Source: Felis catus (Eukaryota). Taken from it: a stretch of DNA of 64,000 bases. Positions 52,947 to 64,000 of this stretch are shown piece after piece; within the stretch, counting starts at the first letter, position 1; each line of letters opens with the position of its first letter. The position numbers and the translations under genes are program-made. The notes beneath the pieces were generated by a model. That model was not told where the DNA came from. It ran no database searches and saw only the letters and a list, made by a program, of their open reading frames with translations. Location: NCBI RefSeq assembly GCF_018350175.1, contig NC_058368.1, positions 61,630,001 through 61,694,000 on the forward strand, read 5' to 3'.

Positions 52947-55374
52947 AAAATAACAAATATTTTGACAAATAGCTTGAATTTGTGAAAATCCTTTGTTATT
53001 AGAGGTCAAATACCTATTAAATATCTTGAAGTGGTATTAAAATAGTTTTGTATCTCCTGTTTCTCATTTTTTCTTTACACTTATTTATATAAAATATGCT
53101 GATAAAAATATTTTTATATATTTTACTTAACTAGACAAAATAAATGGACTCCAGTTTTCATCTTAAAGGTAATTGACTCACTCAAATATGGAATTATAGC
53201 TAAAAACAGAGTTTCTCAGGATGAAACATATACATATTTATATGTGTGCATTTAAATTGCTAGCAAGTAATTGATGTATAGGTTATTACTCTCTCTTTAC
53301 ATTCATATTACATTACTTTTGTCCCTAACTTAAATGTAGTTTAATCAAAAGCATTTAGAACTTATATTTTGGAGTAAATATGTCCTTGCTGTGTAATTAC
53401 TTTTAAGTAGAAAATAAATACATGCACATTCATGTCTTGTATGAGATGGTATTTTTGATACGAAAGCTTAAAGATGAGATGGTAATATTTCAGCATTATC
53501 AGTAGACTTAATTCCATACCTCCAAAACAAAGCAAAAACAGTTACACTACCAAATATGGAGGTAATTCATATACACAGATCTCTTCTGCAACAATAAGGG
53601 GGCACAAAACACACAAAATGTATCAATAAGCAGCATGAAATTGGATATGTTCCTACAATGAAAAGATCTTCAGAGTCACTGGTACCTAATCATATAAAAA
53701 CAAAATTAGAAATGACATAATTTCTGTCCAAAAGGATCACCAAAAAAATTGGCTGTGTCTACCTTCGGGCAATATTTAGGGAAACATACATGTTTTGTTC
53801 ATTGAATTGTAAGTTGGTAAGATTTTACTTGGACCATTAGGACGATAGCTGAACCCCTATTTGCCCTCTAATTATATGTTTGTTTGTTTGTTTGTTTTTT
53901 TCTTCCATTGTAATATCACTAACAAGGGGAGGCTTGCACAAACACAGTAGCCGTGGACAAAGCATGTATAGTTTATTTGTTGTCAAAACTTCTTCCCCAC
54001 ATGGACTTTCTCTAAGGTTCTTAGCTAGTTTTTCTTTCTCTTTGCCTTTATGAATGTAAATGTTTTGTAATATCATCTCCCTCAACTTGCCAGCTAGTAT
54101 GTTCTATGTATAATACTTATATCTGCAACATTACCTATCCTGCTTAAGAGGACTTTGTAGCAAATATTTAATTGTTATATGTAAGTCAGTTTTTTACTGC
54201 TTAATGTTCTCATTCAACTACACTTCATAATAATCTTCAGTTTGTCAGATACTTTGAGTGTGCACAAACCACAGACACCAGTTGGAGTCATGTGCTATCA
54301 GACCAAGCTTCAGGGGGTGTGTGGGGCTGAAGATGAAAATGACTTTGCTTTAAACTTTTCTCCTGATCCTCAACATTCTAGCCTTAAAAGCCTAAACATA
54401 GATAGTAAAGTCCTAGTGAGGACTCCAATGCTATTATTTTATTTTTAATGTGGCCACTGAATTCAGTGTTTCTCATTCGCTAAACTTTTGTGATTTCGAT
54501 GTTTTATTCAAGGACATGTCGTTTTTATATGGACCCATTTCACAAATACACAAATTCCTGAGTGGAGTGTAAGTAGCCAGTACTTCTAACTCAATCATAG
54601 AACACTTGTCTGTATATATTACAAAGACCTGAAAATGAACTTGTCTCTAGCTTACAGAGTGCATTCATTCTATAGCTCAAAAATACTTAAGTAAAAACAA
54701 CAACAGCAAAAACACAGAACATTTTCCCCCAGCATCAGGTTCTTCATTGTATTGAGATTTAACAAAACAATGAAGTCAATCCAACAAACAAATTAGTTTT
54801 ATCCTGTAAAAGCTTTCTGGGTCAGTTCTGGTGGAGCGTTAAAACAAAGCAGAAAAACAGTCTCAACTCAAATAATACAAAGAAGCCTGTGTTTGTTGAA
54901 GAGATTTTTACTGTTAAGTAACAGGCAATGATGAAAGGCTACATTTAATGCAATGGGAAAAGACAGCACAGAGAATAAGATCCAAGAATTTGGCAAAAGC
55001 ACTGAATCAAAAACAACATGACAGGTTCCAGGACATTTTGAATGTCAACAAAACCTCCTGTTTTTCCTACTCTTTAATGAGGCTACATTGTTTTCATGAA
55101 GGATGGCCAGATATACCAGTTTAAAATAGGATTATGCATGTTAATGACTTCTTATCTGTTAGTTTATTGACGCCGAGTTGGAGTTTAAACTGTTTAACAT
55201 CCTAAACTCAATACCAGTTTAGTTCATTTGTATGTATATACTTATACACATGCATGTATTTATATGTGTGTGTGTATATTTGTTTATATATTTTTATATT
55301 TCATATGTGGATATCTTATGTATAAATTATATGATAACATATGTTATATATAAATATATATTTGGTAAAAGTTT

Positions 55375-56155
55375 AATAATAGCTTTGTGAGATAACTCAT
55401 ACTAAAATTACTCCATTAAAACAAAGAATTCAATAGTTTTAGTATAGTAACAGAGTTGTCCAACCACTATCAAGATCTAACTTTAGAAAAATTTCATTAT
55501 CCCCCCAAAGAGCCCTATAGGAATGAGCACTTAATCCCTATTGTCCTTATCACTAACACTAGCCATTTTCTCTTTGTTTTCATTATAGCCTTGCTAGGGG
55601 GTGTGAATTGGTATCTCACTGTGGTTTGGATTTACAAATGAGCTTATCTTTCATTTGCATATTTTCTTTGGAAAAATGTCCATTAGATTCTTTGTCTATT
55701 GTTTAGTTGAATTATTTGTCTTTCTTCTTGCTATTGAATTGTGAATTCTTATAGAGTCTGGATACAAGTCCCTTATCAGATACATTATTTATAAATATTT
55801 CTCCCATTCTGTGGATTGGTGTTTCACTTTTATGATGGTGTCCCATGAAGAAAAAATTTTGAAATTTAATAAAATCCAATTTATCTGTTTTTCTTTTGTC
55901 ACTTTTGGTTTTGGTGTTATATCTAAGAAACCCTTGTCTAATCCAAAGTCATAAAAATTTACTTTTATGTTTTCCTCTCGGATTTCCATAGTGTTAATTC
56001 TTATATATAGGTCTATGATCCATTTTGAGTAATTTTTGTGTATGGTGGGAATCAAAGTGCCTACCTTCACTCTTCTGCATGTAGACATCCATTCGTTCCA
56101 ATATTGTTTGTTGAAAAAAAATTTTTAAGGACCTCCTTTCCCACTGAATTGTCAT
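55375..56155 (-). mobile_element. Old L1 (L1MB-like) 3' UTR and ORF2 C-terminus
   Basis: Minus-strand ORF ...KWIIDLYIR...TEWEKYL; tggtatctcactgtggttt. Confidence 0.88.
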
Positions 56156-56164
56156 ATTACCTAC

Positions 56165-56725
56165 TGTATAATAAACAATTTGGCTGACCTTTGTGGCTGG
56201 ATTCTGAGACAGCTTTTAAATCCACAATATTTCCCAAGTTATAAGAATGTCTTTATTATTCATGGTAAGCCCTGGTTACTTATGCTTTCAAGGTGACTCA
56301 GGATGGGGGCTGGCCACAAGAAAGACCAGATTAGAAGTCATGTGGATACCAGTGGACACCAGTTGGAGTCATATGATATCAGACCAACCTTCAGGGGCTC
56401 GGTGGAGCTGAGGATGAGTTTGGTCATGTGATCAATGATTCTATCACTCATGGTTATGTAAAGAAATCACAATAAAAAAACTCTGGACACCATACTTGGA
56501 AAAGTTTCCCTGATTGGCAATATTCCGTGCATAATTTTATATGTCAATGTGCTGGAAGGGTGATAACATTCTTGCATCATTGGGGAGTGAATATCAGAAG
56601 CTTCATGTTTGGAACCATCCCAGACCTCACCCTATGTGTCTCTCACTTTTGCTGGTTCAATTTTTACCCTTTTGCTATAAAAAATTATAACCATAAATAC
56701 AGCAATTTCCTGAGTTCTGTGTTTC
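56165..56725 (+). mobile_element. MER21C/MER77-like ERV-L LTR, 3'-truncated
   Basis: aataaaaaaactctggacacc; agcttcatgtttggaaccatcccagacctcaccctatgtgtctct; tttcctgagttctgtg. Confidence 0.8.
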
Positions 56726-56789
56726 ACACAGAACTGAGTTCAGTTGTAAAAACATTATTGGGCTTAAAGTACTCCTATTAGTATTTCTT

Positions 56790-56994
56790 GGCTTGGCTTG
56801 GCTTTTTTTTTTTTTTTTTCCATTTTGATAGAGATCAAGTACAAGCAGGGGAGGAGCAGAGAGAGAATCCCATGCAGGCTCTACATTGTCAGTGCAGAGC
56901 CTGATGTGGGGTTTCAACTCAAAAACCATGAGATCCTGACCTGAGCTAAAATCAAGAGTCAGATGTTTAACCAATTGAGCCACCCAGGCGCCCC
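56790..56994 (-). mobile_element. CanSINE
   Basis: TSD ctcctatta; ends gagccacccaggcgcccc. Confidence 0.96.
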
Positions 56995-57822
56995 TCCTAT
57001 TATAATTTTTCTGGATAGAAAACTCCTATTTGATAGTCTCTCTTTTTTTGCTTTTCAATATTTTGAATATGTCATCTCACTGACACCTGACCTCTGTCTT
57101 GATGTGAAGTTACCTGTTAATCTAATTGGTCATTAATTGTAAGTAATAAATATTTTTTGTTGTTGATTTTGAGACTTTCTCTTTGTTTATAGCTTTGAGA
57201 AGTTTGAACAAGAATGGGTTTATGTATGGATATCTTTAAGTTTATACTATGTTGACGGTTGTTAGACTTAGAAATGTGTGGATCAATGCTTTTCATCAAA
57301 ATATGGGATTTTTTGGCCAATATTACTTCAAATATCTGTCCCTTTCTCACTCTCCTTTCTTCCTGGGGATCCATTATGTTAGTATGCTGTTGGCAAATTG
57401 GCATTTTCTTCATTCTTTCTTTCTAGTACTTAGACTGGTAAATCTCAATAGACCTATCTTTAAGCGTGCTGATTCCTTCTTCTGCTATCTTAAATTTCTC
57501 TGATGCCCCACTAGTAAACTTTTTATTATAGCTGTTATATTTATCAACTCCAGAACTTTTATCTGGTTCTTTTTACCATTTTCTATCTCTTTATTGTTAT
57601 TCATTATTTAGTGTGATATTATTCTCATATATTCCCTCAGGACTTTACACATGGTTTCTTTTAGTTCTTTGAAAATATTGATCACATTTAAAGCTTTATC
57701 TCATAGTTCCAACTTTTGGCCTTCCTCACAGTGGGAGCTTCTATGACTACTCCCCCTCTTTGTCTATAGACCATATTTTGTTTACATGTTTTACACAATT
57801 TAGTTGAAAGCTGGACATTTTA

Positions 57823-58063
57823 TTTTTTTATTTTTTTATTTTTTTTTAATTTTTTTTTCCCAACGTTTATTTATTTTTGGGACAGAGAGAGACAGAGCAT
57901 GAACAGGGGAGGGGCAGAGAGACAGGGAGACACAGAATCGGAAACAGGCTCCAGGCTCCGAGCCATCAGCCCAGAGCCTGACGCGGGGCTCGAACTCAAG
58001 GACCGCGAGATCGTGACCTGGCTGAAGTCGGACGCTTAACCGACTGCGCCACCCAGGCGCCCC
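57823..58063 (-). mobile_element. Very young CanSINE (SINEC_Fc)
   Basis: Perfect 17-bp TSD gaaagctggacatttta (57806-57822, 58064-58080); CpGs intact; long T tail. Confidence 0.99.
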
Positions 58064-58570
58064 GAAAGCTGGACATTTTAAGTAATAAAATATGACAGGT
58101 CTGGGAACCTGTCCTTGTCACACTAAAATTTGTTGTTTTTGTAGCTATGTATAGACTTTCCTGGACTAAGTCTCTAAACTATGCATTATTTGTTGTGTGA
58201 ACCACTGAAGTCTCTGTTCCCTTAGGATCCTTAGGATGGTGGTCTTCTAATGGTTGGACAGAGACCTCTCTCAAAGTCTCTAAGCAATGAGTTTTTCATC
58301 CTTTGCTAAGCAGCTTTGTGTGTATTTTGGAAATACTTTTAATGCTCTAGCCCTTAAATGTGTGTCTTAGTCTTTACTCTCTGCTTACAGAGAGCCACAG
58401 GGTCAGCCAAATGTATAAAAGTAGGGCTTTCTAGGTCTTCCTTGGATATTTGCACACTCTTGCACATGCACATGTCTTTTAGATCCCAAGAAATATGTCA
58501 GAGCTTTTAAACACTGCCTGTGTGTTTGTGTCATTTCCCAGATTTTCCTTCTAAATTTGGCTAGACTTTT

Positions 58571-58644
58571 GTTTGTTTCTACTGGTATCATAGGCTTAGG
58601 TAAATGGGTTTGTTTCTACTGGTATCACAGGCTTAGGTAAATGG
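58571..58644. repeat. 37-bp tandem duplication
   Basis: gtttgtttctactggtatcaYaggcttaggtaaatgg twice, 1 mismatch. Confidence 0.97.
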
Positions 58645-59044
58645 ATGTTAAATGATTGCCACCAATTTCTTTGACAAACATCTGGGGAATGGGGTTTTTC
58701 TCATTGAGCAAGACTTGTTTTAGGTCCAAGAACAGCAAACTGCCACACAGATCAACTATTGACATAACTGTTATGTGGCTTATGAGAGAGCTCCAAAGCT
58801 ACTCTGCACACCTCTTCCCTCAGTTTCTTCTTGGTGATGGGTTTTCACAGCTACTATTTTCATAGCCGCTGATTTTCAGTGGTACCCTGGAGCTGGAAAG
58901 AGGAGGGTGGGAATAGACAAGTTAAAAAGCCACAAAGCTCAATGCTCATGATAAAATTCAGATTTTTTTTTCCTTGAGTAAATGCTCATCAAATTGTTGC
59001 AAACTTTTGCTCAATCTTCAAAGAGTCATGAAAAAGTCAATTTA

Positions 59045-59276
59045 GGGGCGCCTGGGTGGCTCAGTCGGTTGGGCAGCCCACTTGGGCTCAGGTCATGATC
59101 TTGTGGTCCATGAGTTTGAGCCCTGTGTCCGGCTCTGTGCTGACAGTTCAGAGCCTGGAGCCTGCTTTGGATTCTGTGTCCCTTCCCACCTCCCACCCCC
59201 CACCCCATCTCTGCCCCTCCCCCACTCATGCTCTGTCTTGCTCTGTCTCTCAAAAATAAATGTTAAAAAAAATTTT
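59045..59276 (+). mobile_element. CanSINE with C-rich linker
   Basis: Perfect 14-bp TSD aaaaagtcaattta. Confidence 0.97.
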
Positions 59277-59320
59277 AAAAAGTCAATTTAGACAATTTGC
59301 CTGTCTTACAGAGGAATAGA

Positions 59321-59510
59321 TTTTTTTAATGTTTATTTTTCAGAGAGAGAAGGTGGGGGGGGAGGAGCAGAGAGAGAGGGGTACAGAGGATCCAAAGTGG
59401 GCTCTGTGCTGAGAGCAGACAGCCCGATATGGGGCTCTAACTCATGAACCATGAGATCATGACCTGAGCCAAAGTCAGATGCTTAACCAATTGAGTCACC
59501 CAGACACCCC
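59321..59510 (-). mobile_element. CanSINE
   Basis: TSD acagaggaatagattt/acagaggagtagattt. Confidence 0.96.
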
Positions 59511-61649
59511 AACAGAGGAGTAGATTTAAAATTTTTATTCTACCGTTTCAGGAGTGTTTGGCCCCCTACACAATTTTCTTAGTGATGAACTCTATTTCAA
59601 TGTGATATATATACCTAGTATCAAAAGAACCTGAGCAAGTTCTATATATCTCCCCAAACCACATCATACAACCTCCAAAATCAGGTTTTCAAGTGGAGGG
59701 CATTCTTTCATTGTAATGACAAGATTAGAGGTTAAAAAGCTTCCCATATTTCTCATAGAAGGAAATTGCAGAGAAAGGAATTGAATCTAGTTGGATGACA
59801 TGGAGATTTTGTTTCTGCCTTATTTGAATATAGTCATTACAAAAATGAAATCTATTTAGTTATCAGTGTTAATACAGGCATCAGTGCCATGTTTTTCCCT
59901 TCTATGGTCCTATAATTTAGAAATTCTCTTTTGTGCTGAATTATAGAAAAAGTGCCGTAAATCCCAGCATGTTTGAACATAAGAGACATTTGGTGAGTTA
60001 TTTATGAAGATAATAAATTACTTAAACAGAAATTTTAGAAGTATATCCTACTGAACTTTTATCTGTTTTTAAAATTATTTTCCAATATTCAAATAAGACA
60101 TATCCTTTAATTTAATATTAACATAAGAAGTGCATTTATATCTAATCCTGTATAATAATTATGATGAATGTTTTCAATATATTTTCCAGACCCATCTCTC
60201 CCTTTGCTATTCTCACACCAAATTTAATTTCCTTCCAAAAGAGATATTCTCTTAAAAGTGTTTTGCTTTTATATATCACTTGTCTTTCCCTATTTGATTA
60301 AGAATCTCTCTTATGATTCTGAGCGTTTTGAAATGTTGTAGCTTTAGGCTAACACACACATAAAAAATGTAACTATTTTTAAGAGATGTTGCCTCAAAAA
60401 TATAGCCTTATTATGTAGTCAATTATGGAAAAGGCTTATTTATACTTCATTTGAGTTTAACTTCTGTCTTTGATATTTATAAGTTATACTTTACTGCAAA
60501 GTTGAGTTTGCAGATTGTTCCCCTCCAGCTTCTTCACTATGATCACAAAATTAATTATATATGTACCAGCAGATGCCAACAATATACAACTGAAGAATGT
60601 AGTAATAAATCTAAACTCGTCTACCCAATAGAATTCTATTAAATATCATTTCATATTTACTCTTCCTTCCTAAAGTACTTTTAAGCACAATCACATACAC
60701 ACAGTGTTGATACATAAAATTACCAATTTAAATAAATGGGAGCGCTTAATCTCTTTGTTGATTTATTTGAATGTTGCAGTTAATATTAACTATAATTAGT
60801 AGAGGAGATAAACAAGTCAAAAAATCAAGAAGCTTCCTGAATTAATAATTGAAGAAATTTAAGCTTTTATACTTCATGTACTCATGTATGAGGGCTCCAG
60901 TTACAATTTCAGAATATACATGCACAATTTTAGAACTATGTATCTACCTATTGGTGATAAAAAGTGAACTCTTCATTCACGTCTTCAGGACATATATTAG
61001 AATTGCACAAAAGTAACCACCTAGGAAGGAACTTACTACCATAATGTTTAAGTGAGATTGCCCTAAAAATGTTAGCTGTAAAATATAAAAGCTATATATT
61101 TGGTTATAGTTAATTATAATCATATGTTGAGTTTAAGAGTTTTACAATTACATACGGATGCAAACACACTCACACATATATCTGTTCCATTACTACTAAG
61201 CTATTCCAAAATTTTACCATAGATATCTCTTTTTACACAATATGTTGCACACACACGCACACCCCAATTCATAATACTATTACAATTTTTTTGAGTCCTG
61301 ATTCATAACAATCATTTGCAGGTATTAGTTCACTTCTGCCTTCACTCCTAATTTTGGGTGACTATATAATTAATTTTACAAACCTAGATGCTTTTAGAAG
61401 TGAAAAGAGGCATTATTAATAATCACATTAGGAAAACAGGGTGAAACTGGGATATATAGCCACTCTTCAAAGCCTACAAACTTACAGATGCCTAAATTCA
61501 TCCTTCCTTCCCTAAATTCTGGATGACCTGATTAGGTGGCCTTCCCCCTGTCAAACACAAATTGCTCTACATAGACATTGGATTTGTAACTCCCTTCACT
61601 TTTCATTTTCTCTGATTAATCACCTGCTTGGGGTTCTTTAAATTGTTTC

Positions 61650-63730
61650 TCTAGTTTGTTCAAAGATTTCCTGGTTCCCCATTTCATTTTCACTAAAATC
61701 TACATTTGCTGTCATGACCTATAAAACTGAATGAACTGCCTGCTCGCCACCCTTCTGATCTCATTTCCCACCAATCTTTTCCACTCTACCTGCACTGCAG
61801 CCACAACAGCCTCTTTGCTCTTCTTGAAACCTACTAAGGCGCCTCATTGTCCGTCTACGTGTTGCTTTCCCTCCTTAACTGCTGTCCCCCAGATAAACTT
61901 AATGGCATGTTTTCTCATTTCTCTTGTTAGTGTTGGAGTGTCATCTCCCACTGAGAGGCTTCCTCTGACCATCATATATTAAACAGTAGTTCCATTACTG
62001 TCCTCTTAACTGAACTTTATTTTTCTTTATTACATTTATCACAAGCTCGTGCAGTACTAAATATTACTTAAAATTTTTTTTAATGTTTATTTATTTTTGA
62101 GACAGAGATAGAGTGTGAGTGGGGGAGGGGCAGAGAGACAGAGGGAGACACAGAATCTGAAGCAGGCTCCAGACTCTGAGCTGTCAGCACAGGGCCAGAT
62201 GCGGGGCTCGAGCTCATGGACGGTGAGATCATAACCTGAGCTGAAGTCAGATGCTTAACCAACTGAGCCACCCATGGCCCCTAAATATGACTTTTATTGC
62301 ATATCTCCACCTATTAGAATATAGACTACAAGGTATGAATTTTTTACTTATTTCTCTCCACAGCTTCAAACTATATTTATTGAACTACTGACTGAATGAA
62401 CAAGTTGAAAAAAATAGGATTAATTACGTAGGATCTTTCACATCTTTTTACTATTAGTAGTATATCACTACCTGAATTTAATCATGTTCTTTGATTTGTT
62501 GAGTCTTGTAGTTTGCACTGCGCCCCTTTTGGCATAGTCGTTCTTCTTGTAATTCAGATACATCTTCTTCTTCTTTCTCCTAGTCATTTCACTTCTGCAA
62601 CTTTCCTGTCTATGCACCATCTCTTTCCTGTCTCTTCTGTATCAGTTTTACTATTATAAAATCACAATCTAGCATCTTCCTTTTAAAAAAGAAGAAAATT
62701 TCCTCTACCCTATGGTGAAGTCAAGATTTTCTACAACTACTTTTACTAATATTCACCACAAAGCTTTGCTGTATTTAGTCTCCAATTGAACTTATTCCCA
62801 TAATTTCACCACCAACTGTATTTTATCAGGATTACCATGGCTACCAAAGACCCCCATATTTCCAGCGTAAATTCTAATATTCGGTCGTGTGGGACTTTAC
62901 AGTAGAATTTAACACAGTTGACAGATTAGTTGTTCTGAGCAGTGTCTTCTCTTTTAAGACATAATCTTGTCCCTTTCCTTAGTAGGTACTCCTTTTCGAA
63001 CTTTTTTTCTGAGTTTTCTCCACTACCACTAAGTGGTAGAGTGAGTCAGATTTAATCATGAACTCTAATCTTTTCTTTAAGTGATCTCAACCCATCTCTC
63101 CATCTTTAGAAAAATATCTCTATGCTTATATTCCTCACCCAACTGCCAACCTAATATATCCATTTGCCGAGATATATTAAACTTAGTAAATTCAAACCAA
63201 AGCTACCGACACAGCACTCTGCCCCTCCAAATTATTCCTGCCTTTGTTTTCTACATACCACAGCACTAGTCTTGTGCTCAAATGAAAAATACAGAATCAT
63301 TCTTCATTCTTCATTTTACTTCACCACAATGTCAAGTGTATCAGCAGTTTCATAGGCACCATAGCCATATGTATTCAGTAGTTTTTCATTTTGTCTGTGA
63401 TTCTCCTTTTGCAAATTATCATATTTAATTTTCCTAATATTACCATTTAAGTCTAATCTCAAATATTATTAAATTACTGGGTTCTCCAACTGATATCCTT
63501 CAAGTACCTTCTTCCATAACTCTCCATTGTACCAAGTTACATTTTCCTCCATTGGAGTTATCAGTATCTAAATATATCATATGTAATTATTTGTTTATTC
63601 TATATTTTGTTTTTCTCACACTGAAGTATAAGCTTTAGGAAAGAAAGAAGTTGTCCATATTATTCATTTCTGTATCTCAACATCAATTACAGTCTGTTAA
63701 ATAGTAGGTTGTTGAATACATGAATAAAAC
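61650..63730 (+). mobile_element. L2 fragments interrupted by a SINE
   Basis: cactgcagccacaacagcctctttgctcttcttgaa; tgagaggcttcctctgaccatc; atagtaggttgttgaatacatgaataa. Confidence 0.7.
62074..62281 (-). mobile_element. CanSINE (SINEC_Fc-like)
   Basis: TSD taaatattactt/taaatatgactt. Confidence 0.97.
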
Positions 63731-63809
63731 TCTCAAGATATCTTTTATCTAGAAATATATTTCTCATAATAAACAGAATACATAGTATTAGTTGGATTTG
63801 TTTGTTATA

Positions 63810-63970
63810 TTTTTGTGGCATGGAGGTCTGTTTGGGAATCAAGAATTGATGTCCTAGGTTGTAGGCACAGCTTTGCCATGTGACTTTAAACAAGTTATAC
63901 AACTTTACTCAGACTTTCATGATGTCTACAATCATTCCAATAAACTTAAATGAAAATATTATGTAATATT
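63810..63970 (+). mobile_element. MIR
   Basis: catgtgactttaaacaagttatacaactttactcagactt. Confidence 0.65.
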
Positions 63971-64000
63971 AGCTTTCTTTTTTCACAGGTATTTTAACAC

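Larger units (their letters stand above)
57000..59030 (-). mobile_element. Old L1M ORF1/5' region remnants
   Basis: atatgtcatctcactg; ggccaatattacttcaaatat; aactccagaacttttatctggttcttttt; gaaagctggacatttt. Confidence 0.7.

Noticed and set aside
50433..58644. 37-46 bp direct repeats as CRISPR-like arrays
   Set aside because: Only two adjacent copies each, no unique spacers, no cas genes, mammalian context

Overview
AT-rich, repeat-dense mammalian non-coding DNA, almost certainly from a felid (cat family): it carries about 25 carnivore tRNA-derived CanSINEs, several of the young CpG-rich SINEC_Fc type. I find no intact protein-coding gene, RNA gene or CRISPR array. Nearly all ORF-track entries come from SINEs, microsatellites or decayed L1 ORF2. 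Content: two 5'-truncated carnivore L1s in inverted orientation, a short twin-primed L1 with a 5' inversion, older L1M/L2/MIR fragments, two decayed ERV-L proviral 3' halves (one with integrase and dUTPase-like remnants, one with only the dUTPase-like remnant, each followed by an LTR), several solo LTRs, two DNA-transposon relics and many microsatellites. I cannot support a new biological system here. The most notable unexplained pattern is a set of short perfect fold-back hairpins and templated insertions lying at repeat truncation junctions, which resemble end-joining or template-switch scars. There is also an orphan 63-bp copy of an LTR segment 2.1 kb from its apparent source, and one candidate 66-nt cassette exon. 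Repeat subfamily names come from my recollection of consensus sequences, not from a search. Boundaries of old elements are approximate.
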